64,000 nt of DNA from Candidatus Omnitrophota bacterium (GTDB taxonomy: Bacteria; Omnitrophota; Gorgyraeia; Zapsychrales; Fredricksoniimonadaceae), in assembly GCA_015233675.1 (NCBI GenBank), contig JADFXH010000007.1, forward strand, positions 44,162 through 108,161, in the 5' to 3' direction. The notes beneath the pieces are model-generated. The model ran no database searches. It saw nothing but the letters and a program-made list of their open reading frames with translations, and was not told the DNA's origin. Position 1 is the first letter of the stretch. Each line of letters opens with the position of its first letter. Shown piece by piece: positions 19,701 to 30,000 of this stretch. A program made the translations under genes and the position numbers.

Positions 19701-21744
19701 GCTCAGTAATGTCATAATTAACGCCTGTCTGGCGCAATGGCTTCCCATCGGAGTCTCTGGTTGTCTGAGCATATGCCTTAATATGCCTAACCGTTCCATC
19801 CGGCCAAACGATACGAAATTGCGTATCATATTCTTTTTCACCGCGCAAGGCTCTCTGAGACTCTTCAATGACAAAATCTTTGTCCTCAGGATGAATGCAG
19901 TTAAACCAGACGGCATAAACGCCGGTAAAATCTTCTCTTTTGACAGCATACAATTCAAGCATCCGGTCATCCCAGGTCAAATTATCTTTTTGAACATCCC
20001 ATTCCCACACGCCTAAACCGGCAGAGAGAGCGGCCAGGTTATACCTTTCGATAACCGATTTCCGCGCTTGTTCCGCCAATTTCCGCTCAGTTGTCACCTC
20101 AGTGTAGGAAATGACCCCGCCGATCTTGCCATCCAACTGATACCATGGCCGCATTTCCCAGCGATTATACGTAACAGACCCATCAGGCCTTTCGAAGGAG
20201 TCATTATCATTACGTTCTGTAGCCCCGGCCAAACATCGCTGATGAATTTCCTTCCATCTTTGAGGAATTTCCGGAAATACTTCGTAATGAGTCTTCCCTA
20301 TAATATCCGATTCCTTGACATTGTAATCACGCAGCCACCGGTCACTTGCCGCAATATAACGCATATTAAGGTCATGGACCGCGATGGCATAAGGATCATG
20401 TTTAATAATCTGCTGCAAAAGCGCTTGGCTTTTTCGTAACGCCTCTTCTGACTTTTTACGTTCGGTAATGTCCAGCGCTGCTCCTAATATCTGACAAACC
20501 TTACCCTTGCTATCACGGGCAAAGGGAATATCCCGACTATACAGCCAATGCCACTCACCGTTGGAATGCCGCATCCTGTATTCCAGTGTTAATATTTCGT
20601 CATTTTTCACGGCACTCAATTTATGATGATGCTCGGCTACAGCAGGGACATCGTCAGGATGCAAAATATTTTGAAATAATGCTGATCCCATCGCTTTTAT
20701 TTGATCAAACGTATAGCCTAAGAATTCCCAAATCTCACGATTGGTATAAATATTACGATGTTCGTTCAGGTCATAAATATAAACAAGGCTTGGGGAAGCA
20801 TTGAGAATGCTTTGATTGAAATGGGAAGCTCCTTTAAGATCCTCTTGCCCCCGTTTACGCTCGGCTTCTGCTTTTTCAATATCTCGTGACAAAGCCAGTG
20901 AGACCTGTACCATCACAATACTGATCAAAATGACAAAAGACAGGGTTAACAAAGCTGATACCAAACTCGGGTTGAACTGATACATAGATTTATATTTATC
21001 ATGAAGAACATCCGTAAAAACTATCGCTAAAATAACAATAGGGAGAGTATTGCGCAGTAATTGGGGTATTGGCTTATCTCCTGAAAATGGGCGTAAAATA
21101 ATGCTCTTCTCTGTTGATAATGCTATCAACCCGCATCCCAAAAATAAAAATGCAATGGCCGTGGTTTCTGCCAAAGGAATTACAGTGCTTTTATACAAAA
21201 GAGGTTCGTCATACAAATATCCTAATGTCGCAACAAACCCTACCACTCCTACGATCAGCCCTAAAAAGCCGACCGTATTCAAAAATTTCAACCGTCCATT
21301 GGCGAAGATAGACAACAGAATAGCAGCTGAACTTAAGAAAAACAATACGCCCGAGCAGGGTGACATGCGACGAAGAGGAAAATCCCCGAGCTTCTCAGTG
21401 ACCGGGAACAAATAGTTTTCTAATGTCAGGTCAAAACGCAAGAAATGACCGGCTAATTTCAACAGGACATATAACGCGAAAAAAGAAAAAATTGCCGTAG
21501 ATATTTTAAAACTGTGGCTATCCTGCATGCTCCCGGCAAAAAGCAGAAATACGCCGAAGGCGATAAACAAAACAGCATTTTCAGGAGGCATGGGAATATA
21601 CTCAGGACGCACACTGGCCAGAACACGTAAACCCGTAATCCAACCTAATAAAGCCAAAACACCAAGCGACGCAACCACTAATCCAAATAACCGCGTTGCG
21701 GCACTAAGCTCTGATCTGTCGCCTGTTTTAAATATCCTCAACAT
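16759..21744 (-). CDS. membrane-bound multi-PAS/GAF sensor with GGDEF and EAL domains (c-di-GMP turnover)
   Basis: 1661 aa. Contains an N-terminal multi-TM region, repeated PAS/PAC units (TERK/TERKRSE boundaries), a GAF-like segment, GGDEF (RLGGDEFIVF) and EAL (FEALLRW ... EITES ... DDFGSGYSSL). Confidence 0.85.
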   Translation of the reverse strand: MLRIFKTGDRSELSAATRLFGLVVASLGVLALLGWITGLRVLASVRPEYIPMPPENAVLFIAFGVFLLFAGSMQDSHSFKISTAIFSFFALYVLLKLAGHFLRFDLTLENYLFPVTEKLGDFPLRRMSPCSGVLFFLSSAAILLSIFANGRLKFLNTVGFLGLIVGVVGFVATLGYLYDEPLLYKSTVIPLAETTAIAFLFLGCGLIALSTEKSIILRPFSGDKPIPQLLRNTLPIVILAIVFTDVLHDKYKSMYQFNPSLVSALLTLSFVILISIVMVQVSLALSRDIEKAEAERKRGQEDLKGASHFNQSILNASPSLVYIYDLNEHRNIYTNREIWEFLGYTFDQIKAMGSALFQNILHPDDVPAVAEHHHKLSAVKNDEILTLEYRMRHSNGEWHWLYSRDIPFARDSKGKVCQILGAALDITERKKSEEALRKSQALLQQIIKHDPYAIAVHDLNMRYIAASDRWLRDYNVKESDIIGKTHYEVFPEIPQRWKEIHQRCLAGATERNDNDSFERPDGSVTYNRWEMRPWYQLDGKIGGVISYTEVTTERKLAEQARKSVIERYNLAALSAGLGVWEWDVQKDNLTWDDRMLELYAVKREDFTGVYAVWFNCIHPEDKDFVIEESQRALRGEKEYDTQFRIVWPDGTVRHIKAYAQTTRDSDGKPLRQTGVNYDITEHVKAQELQNKNAERLAKINDCLLSFDRDHEGNINRLVALAGKLLGASCALYNRLENDQLCSLGQWNTPAGFRQKNTPEGHICYDIIRAQKDDVVVVCDLPNTKYFETDLNVRAYGLRTYMGCSVKCDGRPVGSLCVLYQMDYQPSKDDRWTLGILASALGNEDSRWQGVEALRKSEERFKVIAANSPDQLLVQDLDLRYEMVINPQLEFTEKDMVGKTDYDFLSKEDADKLTAIKRRVIETGQPVHVDLPLISKKGEKEYFEGDYISRRDPQGRVNGIIGYFKNVSERRQVEDALRESEQRFATVFRASPIACSLIRLSDGKILDVNDKFLQLIDLPRGVVIGSTPFMLNMWVYMEQREKMIDALRTKGRIDDFETQFRMRGGQIRDVSLSAEVVDLAGDRYILGLTTDITERKRSEMALKASELSYRRLFESSEDGILLVNAETGLIEDVNPFLVNLLGYSHKEYLGKHLWDIDFFGDNTKGLEVFKRLREKGYVRYEDIQLQTADGRAIQVELVSNVYLVDSRKVIQCNIRDITQRKKLEVSLEYLAHYDVLTGLPNRALFFARANAGLALSRRDKKCCAILFVDLDNSKSVNDTMGHSMGDELLKDAALKLRECVREMDTVARLGGDEFIVFMGDLDSGESARYVAERIREKFDNPRLIAGNEVFITASIGIAIFPDDGHDMEELLKNADAAMYSAKNDGKNSYCFFNPEMNRQAVRKMWVERGLHQALANANFRLFYQPIISIGSGKIRGFEALLRWFPPEGELIFPDEFIPAAEETGLIVPIGEWVLHEACRFNKKLIDGGWGRPVVSVNVSVYQLRRKDFLDVIISAINKSGLPPECLEIEITESLMIQSFDAAISILKAIRSLGVQVSLDDFGSGYSSLVHLQQLPIGNVKIDRLFIKEIEKDAERAVIIPAIVDLAHKLHIGVVAEGVETEMQLRKLSNDGCDYFQGYLFSKAVPEDQATDLYIKSCATQAR

Positions 21745-21956
21745 TATCCAATTCCCCTAAATAGACCACAGCATGCTTTGCAATATTTTACTCCTTATCC
21801 CCTTTCCTAGCAACATATATCACATTACGAAAGTGTCAATGCAAAACTGAAATTTCCTCGTTATAATGTCGGTTAAATAAAAATTAAATTAAATTTGACC
21901 CCGATACTACAAAGTATTAAGATGTAAAGACTTTTCAATTTATGAATGGAGGAAAT

Positions 21957-24356
21957 ATGAATAAAACGTGGAAATTTTTTAAACCCGGCTTTTTTTGTTT
22001 TATCGCGCTTTTTTTAGGGATCCCTGCAGTTTGGGCAGGAGAATCAGACCTGAAGGTTCCGGATCTATCCATCGTTCCCATGATCTTTAATTTAAACGGA
22101 CGGACAGCCTTAATGTTTGGCATTCTTATATGTGCTATGGGCGCTTTCTTTGGAATACGTCAGTATGGACAATTGAGAAAAATGCCCGTGCATAAAAGCA
22201 TGAAAGAAGTCTCTGAACTCATTTATACAACGTGCAAAGCGTATCTAATCGCGCAAGGCAAATTCTTACTCATCCTGGAAGCCCTGATCGGATTGGTCAT
22301 GGTGGCATATTTCGGTTGGCTGCGTCATTTTGAAGCCACCAAAGTCATTCTTATCCTAGTATGCAGTTTAATTGGTATCGCCGGAAGCTATGGCGTCGCG
22401 TGGTTCGGCATGAGAATTAATACATTTGCCAATTCACGCTGCGCTTTCGCAAGCCTTGCAGGTAAACCGTTCCCAGTTTACTCCATTCCTTTACAAGCGG
22501 GCATGAGCATCGGTATGCTGCTAATAAGCATTGAACTTTTTGTCATGTTATGCATTCTCTTATTTATTGACCCAAATTATGCAGGTCCATGCTTTATCGG
22601 TTTTGCTATCGGAGAATCTTTAGGCGCTTCAGTACTTAGAATTGCCGGTGGAATTTTCACCAAAATTGCCGACATAGGGTCAGACTTGATGAAAATCGTG
22701 TTTAATATTAAGGAAGACGACGCCCGCAATCCCGGGGTCATTGCGGATTGTGTTGGCGATAATGCCGGCGACTCTGTCGGCCCGACCGCAGATGGCTTTG
22801 AAACATACGGCGTCACAGGAGTCGCGTTGATTTCATTTATTCTTTTGGCAGTTAAACAGCCCTTTAATCAGGCACAGCTTTTAGTTTGGATTTTTTGCAT
22901 GCGCTTGATGATGGTCATTGCCAGCAGTCTTTCTTACTGGATCAACGATTATTTTGCCAAAAAACGTTATGCCAATGTTGAGAAGATGGACTTTGAAGAA
23001 CCCTTGACATCTCTGGTATGGATCACTTCCTTTATATCCATCATCCTGACCTACGGGGCTTCCTATCTCATCATTCCAAATTTAGGTGACGGCACATTTT
23101 GGTGGAAGCTTGCCTCCATCATTACCTGCGGCACAATAGCAGGCGCAGTCATTCCGGAGGGAGTAAAAATATTCACCTCCATGAATTCGGATTTCGTGAA
23201 GAACATCTATGAATGCTCTAAAAAAGGCGGAGCTTCCCTCAATATTCTCTCTGGTCTTGTAGCCGGAAATTTTAGCGCTTATTGGATGGGATTAGTCATT
23301 ACTGTATTGATGGGATTGGCCTATTTCTTTAGCTTAATGGGTATCCATACACTCATGATCGCCCCAGCAGTGTTTGCTTTTGGACTGGTGGCTTTTGGGT
23401 TCTTGAGCATGGGACCGGTTACCATTGCCGTTGATTCCTACGGACCGGTTTCCGACAACGCTCAATCCATTTATGAGCTCTCTCTTATTGAGACCCTTCC
23501 CAATATTAAAGAAGAGATCAAGAAAGATTTTGGCTTTACGCCAAATTTCGAACTTGCCAAACATCATTTGGAGACCAATGATGGGGCAGGCAACACCTTC
23601 AAAGCCACCTCCAAACCGGTTTTGATAGGAACTGCTGTGGTCGGCGCAACCACTATGATCTTTTCTATTATAATGATTTTAACCCACGGTCTTACCATTA
23701 ATATGGCAAACCTCTCTATACTTTATCCTCCCTTCCTGCTTGGACTCCTAAGCGGCGGTGGCGTAATCTATTGGTTTACAGGGGCTTCCATTCAGGCTGT
23801 GACCGCAGGGGCCTATCACACCGTAGAATACATCAAAGAGCATATTAAACTTGAAAGCACAGAAAAATCTTCTACTAAAGACAGCACGAAGGTCGTGGAA
23901 ATTTGTACGATGTTTGCCCAAAAAGGCATGATCAATATTTTCGTGACGGTACTTTTTATGACACTTGCTTTTGCCTGCTTACAGCCCTATTTCTTTATCG
24001 GGTATTTGATCTCGATAGCCATCTTTGGCCTTTTTCAGGCTATTTTCATGGCGAACGCCGGCGGAGCGTGGGACAATGCCAAAAAGCTGGTGGAAGTGAC
24101 TTATCATGAAAAGGGAACAGAAATTCATGCGACAACGGTCGTCGGAGATACGGTAGGAGATCCTTTTAAGGACACCTCATCGGTTGCCATTAACCCGATC
24201 ATTAAATTCACAACCTTGTTTGGATTATTGGCCATTGAAATTGCTATTGGATTAAGCCGGAGCCTTGATATTCTCCTGGCCGTTATCTTTTTTGCCATTG
24301 CCGTGTTCTTTTTGATCCGTTCTTTTTACGAAATGCGTATTTCAACCAAAGTTTAA
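21957..24356 (+). CDS. hppA: membrane-bound proton/sodium-translocating pyrophosphatase
   Basis: GDNAGDSVGPTADGFETYGVTG, DSYGPVSDNA and GDTVGDPFKDTSS signatures. The ATG at 21957 is preceded by GGAGGA; the track start at 21942 is upstream. Confidence 0.9.
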   Translation: MNKTWKFFKPGFFCFIALFLGIPAVWAGESDLKVPDLSIVPMIFNLNGRTALMFGILICAMGAFFGIRQYGQLRKMPVHKSMKEVSELIYTTCKAYLIAQGKFLLILEALIGLVMVAYFGWLRHFEATKVILILVCSLIGIAGSYGVAWFGMRINTFANSRCAFASLAGKPFPVYSIPLQAGMSIGMLLISIELFVMLCILLFIDPNYAGPCFIGFAIGESLGASVLRIAGGIFTKIADIGSDLMKIVFNIKEDDARNPGVIADCVGDNAGDSVGPTADGFETYGVTGVALISFILLAVKQPFNQAQLLVWIFCMRLMMVIASSLSYWINDYFAKKRYANVEKMDFEEPLTSLVWITSFISIILTYGASYLIIPNLGDGTFWWKLASIITCGTIAGAVIPEGVKIFTSMNSDFVKNIYECSKKGGASLNILSGLVAGNFSAYWMGLVITVLMGLAYFFSLMGIHTLMIAPAVFAFGLVAFGFLSMGPVTIAVDSYGPVSDNAQSIYELSLIETLPNIKEEIKKDFGFTPNFELAKHHLETNDGAGNTFKATSKPVLIGTAVVGATTMIFSIIMILTHGLTINMANLSILYPPFLLGLLSGGGVIYWFTGASIQAVTAGAYHTVEYIKEHIKLESTEKSSTKDSTKVVEICTMFAQKGMINIFVTVLFMTLAFACLQPYFFIGYLISIAIFGLFQAIFMANAGGAWDNAKKLVEVTYHEKGTEIHATTVVGDTVGDPFKDTSSVAINPIIKFTTLFGLLAIEIAIGLSRSLDILLAVIFFAIAVFFLIRSFYEMRISTKV

Positions 24357-24485
24357 AATCTGTGTTAGCATTGACAGATTAAATCAATCATGAAGAAAGG
24401 AAATACAATATGGCAACTAAAAAAGCCCCTTGCAAATCATGCAAAAAGACAGCTAAAAAAAAGTAAATAATTACTAATAACTCTT

Positions 24486-24523
24486 ACACAAAACCCTCTA
24501 ATCATTTTTAGAGGGTTTTGTGT
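24486..24523. terminator. bidirectional intrinsic terminator hairpin
   Basis: ACACAAAACCCTCTA (24486-24500), an 8-nt loop, then TAGAGGGTTTTGTGT (24509-24523), a perfect 15-bp stem whose arms contain and are flanked by T-runs on both strands. It sits between convergent genes (hppA on + and 24548-25339 on -). Confidence 0.7.
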
Positions 24524-24547
24524 TTTATATCCTTCATTCTCTCATAT

Positions 24548-25339
24548 TTATTTCCTCAACTCTCCCCCTGCAAAATTGCCCCCATTGCCGGTTATTTTGG
24601 CTTTGAAGCCTGAGGTGTCTGGCAGGCTCTTGGAAAAGATCGCTGAAGCCTCGAGCGCATCCTTTGCGGTCACGGGCATTTTTTCCAAAACAGAAGCAGA
24701 TGCTGATGCAGATTCCGGCGATGTTGCCTTAACTGATGAAACTGGTGTTGCCGGCAAGCGAACATCAGCCTTCCCTAACGGATTTATAAATCCAGCCAAA
24801 CATAAAAAAACGGTTGAGATCAAACCAAAAAAAAGAAAGCCCACGGACCGACCATAGGCGTAATCCATCATCACATTAGAAATCCCTGTGTCGTCAATGG
24901 CGCGTTGCAAATGTTCCTCATTCCACTTGCTGTTTTTTTCTGCAAGGAGAATAGCAACTGAAAATCCGGCCAGCGCTGCCAATACCAGCACTGTCGACAG
25001 ATCCCCGGTCACAAACCCTGTAAAGATCATTACAGCAAGAATCCCCACAGCGCTCCAGGAAACAGCAACAATGATTCTGTTCCGGCCTGCCCTGGCTTCC
25101 ATGAAGGCCATCAATAAATTCCTAAACCTAGAATCATGGTCCTGTCTTAATTTAGCCTCAATCTGCTTTTCCCGTTGCGAGCTTTCATCACGTAATTTTA
25201 TGATTTCTTCAGCATGGCGGGCTTCCAAGTCAATGGCAAGCTGTTTTTGGTTCGCGGCATTTTCTTCCTGTAATTTCTGAAGCTGCTCTGAAAGCTTTTG
25301 GGCCATATATGACTCCTTTAAGAATTTAGGACTTCTCAT
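24548..25339 (-). CDS. hypothetical membrane protein with N-terminal coiled coil
   Basis: 263 aa. Contains a charged helical N-terminus, about 4 hydrophobic spans and an Ala/Ser-rich tail. No family was recognised. Confidence 0.4.
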   Translation of the reverse strand: MRSPKFLKESYMAQKLSEQLQKLQEENAANQKQLAIDLEARHAEEIIKLRDESSQREKQIEAKLRQDHDSRFRNLLMAFMEARAGRNRIIVAVSWSAVGILAVMIFTGFVTGDLSTVLVLAALAGFSVAILLAEKNSKWNEEHLQRAIDDTGISNVMMDYAYGRSVGFLFFGLISTVFLCLAGFINPLGKADVRLPATPVSSVKATSPESASASASVLEKMPVTAKDALEASAIFSKSLPDTSGFKAKITGNGGNFAGGELRK

Positions 25340-25381
25340 GTTAAAGGATTCGAGAAATTAAAGCGCTAAACACACTGCATA

Positions 25382-25624
25382 TTATTTCAACCCGCAGATC
25401 AACAGATACCCTGCGCTAAAAACAGCAACAGCAACGACCATAAGGCCCATGATCCTCGTATTACGGATTTCAAGGGCCATGTCTACAGGTTCTATACGCC
25501 AATTGATCTTAAGGTAAAATCTTTTCTGGATATCAATGGCCTGTGAAGGTTTTAAAGTAAAAAACAAACCCAAGGCCAGGCTGACTGAACAGATAAGGAT
25601 AAGGGAAGGAAAACAAAAAACCAT
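25382..25624 (-). CDS. small 2-TM membrane protein
   Basis: 80 aa with two hydrophobic helices. No family was recognised. Confidence 0.3.
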   Translation of the reverse strand: MVFCFPSLILICSVSLALGLFFTLKPSQAIDIQKRFYLKINWRIEPVDMALEIRNTRIMGLMVVAVAVFSAGYLLICGLK

Positions 25625-25726
25625 ACTTAACCTTGAAGAAGGGGGTCTTAAAACTTATATAAATATTTTACCATTTACTACAAAATAACAAACAAATTTC
25701 TATTCTCCCCCTTTGGTTCTGAAATT

Positions 25727-26302
25727 TTATGAAGTGACTTTTTTTAATAACCAGGACATGTTTTCGCCCAAGACGGTCATAGTTTTTATCCCTTCATCAT
25801 CGTTATTGACATCTCCTATTTCACGGCCAAAAGCAAAGTTCCAATAGCTGGAGCCGACCACAATCATCTCTGAGATCGTAAAAAAATGATTCATGGTATC
25901 AAATGCGTGAATAGCACCCCCGCGACGCACCGCCATGACCGCAGCGCCTATTTTCCGCTTTAAAAAACTATCATTAGCACGAGCTACAAGACATGTACGG
26001 TCAATAAGGGCTTTCATCTCAGAAGAAACATCCGCGACATAAACAGGAGAACCAAGGATGATCCCGTCAGCATCGGCCATTTTATCAATACATTCGTTGA
26101 CGAAATCTCCGTCGAATGAACAGCGCCTGTTTTTTTTGCTGGAGCATTTATAACAGGCCCTGCAACCGCGGATGGTATGGCCGGCCATCTGTATCTGCTC
26201 GCATTCAATTCCATTCTTTTTTAAGGGTTCAAAAACTTTCTCGATCAAAACAGATGTGTTCCCGTTCTTGCGTGAACTCCCGTTAATGGCAACGACTTTC
26301 AT
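25727..26302 (-). CDS. iron-sulfur flavoprotein / NADPH-dependent FMN reductase family
   Basis: MKVVAINGSSRKNGNTS flavodoxin-like N-terminus, and a compact cysteine motif CRACYKCSSKKNRRC typical of Isf-type proteins. Confidence 0.65.
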   Translation of the reverse strand: MKVVAINGSSRKNGNTSVLIEKVFEPLKKNGIECEQIQMAGHTIRGCRACYKCSSKKNRRCSFDGDFVNECIDKMADADGIILGSPVYVADVSSEMKALIDRTCLVARANDSFLKRKIGAAVMAVRRGGAIHAFDTMNHFFTISEMIVVGSSYWNFAFGREIGDVNNDDEGIKTMTVLGENMSWLLKKVTS

Positions 26303-26393
26303 TTCCCCCTCCGTTCATAAACAGTAAAAGTAGTTTTTTCTTGTAAATTTGTATTTTTTAAAATTTTATCACATTTAAACTAAAAAGTAAGTC

Positions 26394-26430
26394 ATAAAAA
26401 ATCCCCGCGAAAGCTTACGCTTGCAGGGAT
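26394..26430 (-). terminator. intrinsic terminator after the last gene of the long minus-strand array
   Basis: The minus strand reads ATCCCTGCAAGCGTAAGCTTTCGCGGGGAT followed by TTTTT. The outer 8 bp pair (one G-U wobble) and are GC-rich. It lies about 50 nt downstream of the stop at 26483. Confidence 0.5.
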
Positions 26431-26482
26431 TATTTATTGCCACGATAAACAATTACAAAATAAAATGGTGCGCTGTTAAACC

Positions 26483-26902
26483 TCAAAATTTCTGGCTGGG
26501 GTCTTTATCTTTAAACAGAAGGATCGCCCGGGCTAATTCCTCAAGCCTGATCGGTTTTACACAACAACTGTTCATCCCGATGCAAAGGCCTTCTTTTAGC
26601 TGTTCCCTCGTCGCCGAACCAGTAAGGGCAATAATCCACATCTGTGATCCTAATTCCTGACGGATGATCCTGGTTGCTTCCAAACCTCCCATAACAGGCA
26701 TCTGGAAGTCCATAAGGCACAGGTCGTACTTATTGGCCTTGACCTTATTGACCGCTTCCAACCCATTATACGCGTAATCGGCAGTACAGCCTAAGATATC
26801 AAAATAGGCTTTAATCAAATCCCTGTTAGGTTTAATATCTTCAACGACAAGAACGTGCAGCCCTTTACAACAATTAACCAAATCATTTTTTTCTTCTGTC
26901 AT
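26483..26902 (-). CDS. single-domain response regulator (receiver)
   Basis: VLVVEDIKPNRDL ... [16 protein letters not shown] ... IIALTGSA ... KP receiver motifs. Confidence 0.8.
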   Translation of the reverse strand: MTEEKNDLVNCCKGLHVLVVEDIKPNRDLIKAYFDILGCTADYAYNGLEAVNKVKANKYDLCLMDFQMPVMGGLEATRIIRQELGSQMWIIALTGSATREQLKEGLCIGMNSCCVKPIRLEELARAILLFKDKDPSQKF

Positions 26903-27051
26903 TTGCCTGCCTCACATACGCATAAATTAAAAGAACTAATTAAATTATAATAACAAATGGTCTATATAAAATATAACACTTTTTTTGGGCAAATGGTATT
27001 ATTTCGTTGTTTATGTCGTTGTTTAGCGGTTTAGCGGGCATGAAAGAATCA

Positions 27052-30000
27052 CTATCGACTGCATGCCCATTTAAGGATTTGCTCTTTGAGTTTATTGTGG
27101 TTCATCGGTTTGGTCAGGAAATCATTCATGCCGCTTTTCAGGGATTTTTCATGGTCTTCTTTCATTACCGCCGCCGTAAGGGCAATGATCGGAATATCCT
27201 TATTGACTTCTCTTCGAATAATTTCCGTAGCTTCTAGTCCGCCCATCACAGGCATTTGTATGTCCATTAGACATATATCATAAGAGTTTTGTCTTATCAT
27301 CTCAATTGCTTCCCGGCCGTTATTAGCATAATCACTGACACAGCCAAACATGTCCAGATACACCTTCATTAATTTCTGGTTAGGCGTTTGGTCTTCGACA
27401 ACAAGCACCCTTATGCCTTTTAAAGACAACTCCCCGACGGTATGACGGGTTATGATATCTTTTTCTATCCTTTTATCTCCCATCACAGCTTGTATTATTT
27501 TAATCAACTCATGCCTAAGTACCGGTTTTGACAAATAAGCGTCAAATCCTGCCTGCTGGGCTTCTTCCGAAGTGCCGGGCCTTACATCTGATGTGGCAGC
27601 GATAAATTTTATACAGCCATACTTTTCTTCTTCCCGTAAACGTTTAATTAATGTCATGCCATCCATTTCCGGCATCATGATATCCGATATAATGATCTCA
27701 GGTAAATCCTGTTGTCCGCTTATCCATGATAATAATTTCAAAGCACGGTCTCCAGTATAAATAACTTCCATACCGATATCTTTACAATATCTCTCAATAA
27801 GCTTTAGCCCATGTTCATTATCGTCGACAATGGCGACCTTCTTGCCTTTAAGGCTCATCATGTTAACCAATGAAATATCTGTTTGTCTCAGGGGTTTCCC
27901 TGTTTCCAGATGTAATGTGACTATAAACTCACTGCCGCGGCCAAGTTCCGAGAGAACCTCAATATCTCCTCCCATTTTTCGCGCCAGGGCCAAAGCGATA
28001 GAAAGACCTAATCCCGTTCCCCCGAATTTCCTTGTCGTTGAACTATCGGCTTGAGTAAATAATTCAAATATCGCCGATCGTTTATCCGCAGGAATGCCTA
28101 TCCCCGTGTCTTTCACTGAGATCTTAACCGTCCGAAAACTGCCGACCTGGGTTGAAGTCTCAGGTGATGAGACAGTGACTTTTATTTCGCCTTGTTCGGT
28201 AAATTTAACGGCATTGCTCAACAAATTTAGGATGATCTGGCGAACTCTTGTGGGGTCCCCCATAAAGAATGCCGGTGTGCCGGCTTGAAATTCAAACAAA
28301 AGATCAACATCTTTATTCATGGCTTTTACCGCTGTTATTTTTAATAAATTTCCTACCAAATATTCCAAATCAAAAGAAATTTTCTCAAACTTAACACTAT
28401 TGGCCTCAATCTTGGAAATATCAAGGATATCGCTGATAAGAGCCAGAAGGATGTCTCCGCTGCTTTTGATGGTATAAACATAATCTTTCTGCACTTCATT
28501 AAGCGGGGTGCCTTCCAAAAGATCGGAGAAGCCGATGATGGCGTTCATGGGCGTGCGTATTTCATGAGACATATTGGCCAAAAATTCACTTTTAGCCTTG
28601 TTGGCCGCATCAGCAATATTCTTTGCCTGGATCAGCTCCTGCTCTTGCTTTTTACGTACGGTAATATCAACGATGGCAAGCAAAACATGTTTCTCGTTGT
28701 CAATAAACACAGGCGCCGCATTAATGCTTAACCATACAGATACTTTTTTCTGATTTATAAAAAGTTCTTTTGGGGTTTCAATGCCATCAATTATTTGCTC
28801 CGTGGCCAAGGCCTGCTCAAAAAGATTACGGATAGCGCAAACCTTGCAAGCCGGAGTTTCACCACAACGTTGATTAGTAGTCAATGGATTGATACAACAA
28901 ATCGCCTCTCCGGGCCTTTCCAATAAAATATCACCCGCATTACGCCCGACCATGGCTGCTAAAATATTATTGACACGTTTGACAACGCCTTTCGAATCAA
29001 TAAGGATAAGGCCTACCTGAGATGAATCAAATATTGTCTGGAGATTGGTTTTTTCCTTTTCCAACAGTATCAAGCTCTCCTTTAAATCTTTTGTCTTTAT
29101 CCTCACAAGATTTTCAGCCCGAAAACGCTGGGTTACCATGGAATTCAAAAATGCAGCAATCAATGCTGTCAAAAAAATCCCCATAGGCAATACCGCCCAA
29201 TATCCATTGGATAAATTTTCTTCAATAAATGCCGAGCCCGGAACAATAGTGATCCGCCATTGACGATCAGGCATTTTCAGGATGGTTTGATATTTCAAAA
29301 AAGGATGGCCCCAATCAACCCTTCCCTTCCTCAGGACATGTCGATACAAAACACGATCCTGCGCAGGTGCCGTCATATCTTCGACAAGAAAAGACAGTCC
29401 TTCCGGCGGAGATTTTGAATAGGCCGCTTTAAGAAATTCATTTGTATTATAGACCCCAAGAACAAAACCCCGCAAGCTCTTGCGCCGCTCCTCAACGGTA
29501 TTCTTCGGCATATCCATGTCATACACAGGATAAAAAACCAATACCCCATTTTTCTTTGAAGATCCAAACAATTGAATCGGCGCTGTGGCCACCGGACGCC
29601 CCTCATCACGGCTTTTTTCTATGGTCAAACGCCTAAGCGTTTCAGAAGACAAATCAAACCCCAGAGCGGCCTTATTAACTTCAAAGGGCTGTACATAATA
29701 AACAGGAAAATACTCGTCCCGATCATGAACGGGGATCTTTTTGCCAAGAACATCCTTCTCATAAAGCTTAAAATTGTTTTCGACATAACTATTGGAGCTC
29801 TCATAAGAAGATAAATTCTCACGAGTGACACGCGGTATCCATGCTATGGCACGAATCGGCGCCTCTTCTAAAAATGGAGCAGTATATTGATTAAATTCCC
29901 TTAACCTCACGTTAGATCTGATGGCTTCCAAAAAACGCCGCAACCCGTCTAAGTTATCAAGCTGATGCCCCAACTCCAAAAAAACATTTTGAGCCCTGCT

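Noticed and set aside
26903-27051. AT-rich 149-nt gap as an internal promoter for the last receiver gene
   Set aside because: TATAAT-like and TTGCCC hexamers are present, but I could not find a pair with acceptable 16-18 nt spacing. Left uncalled.
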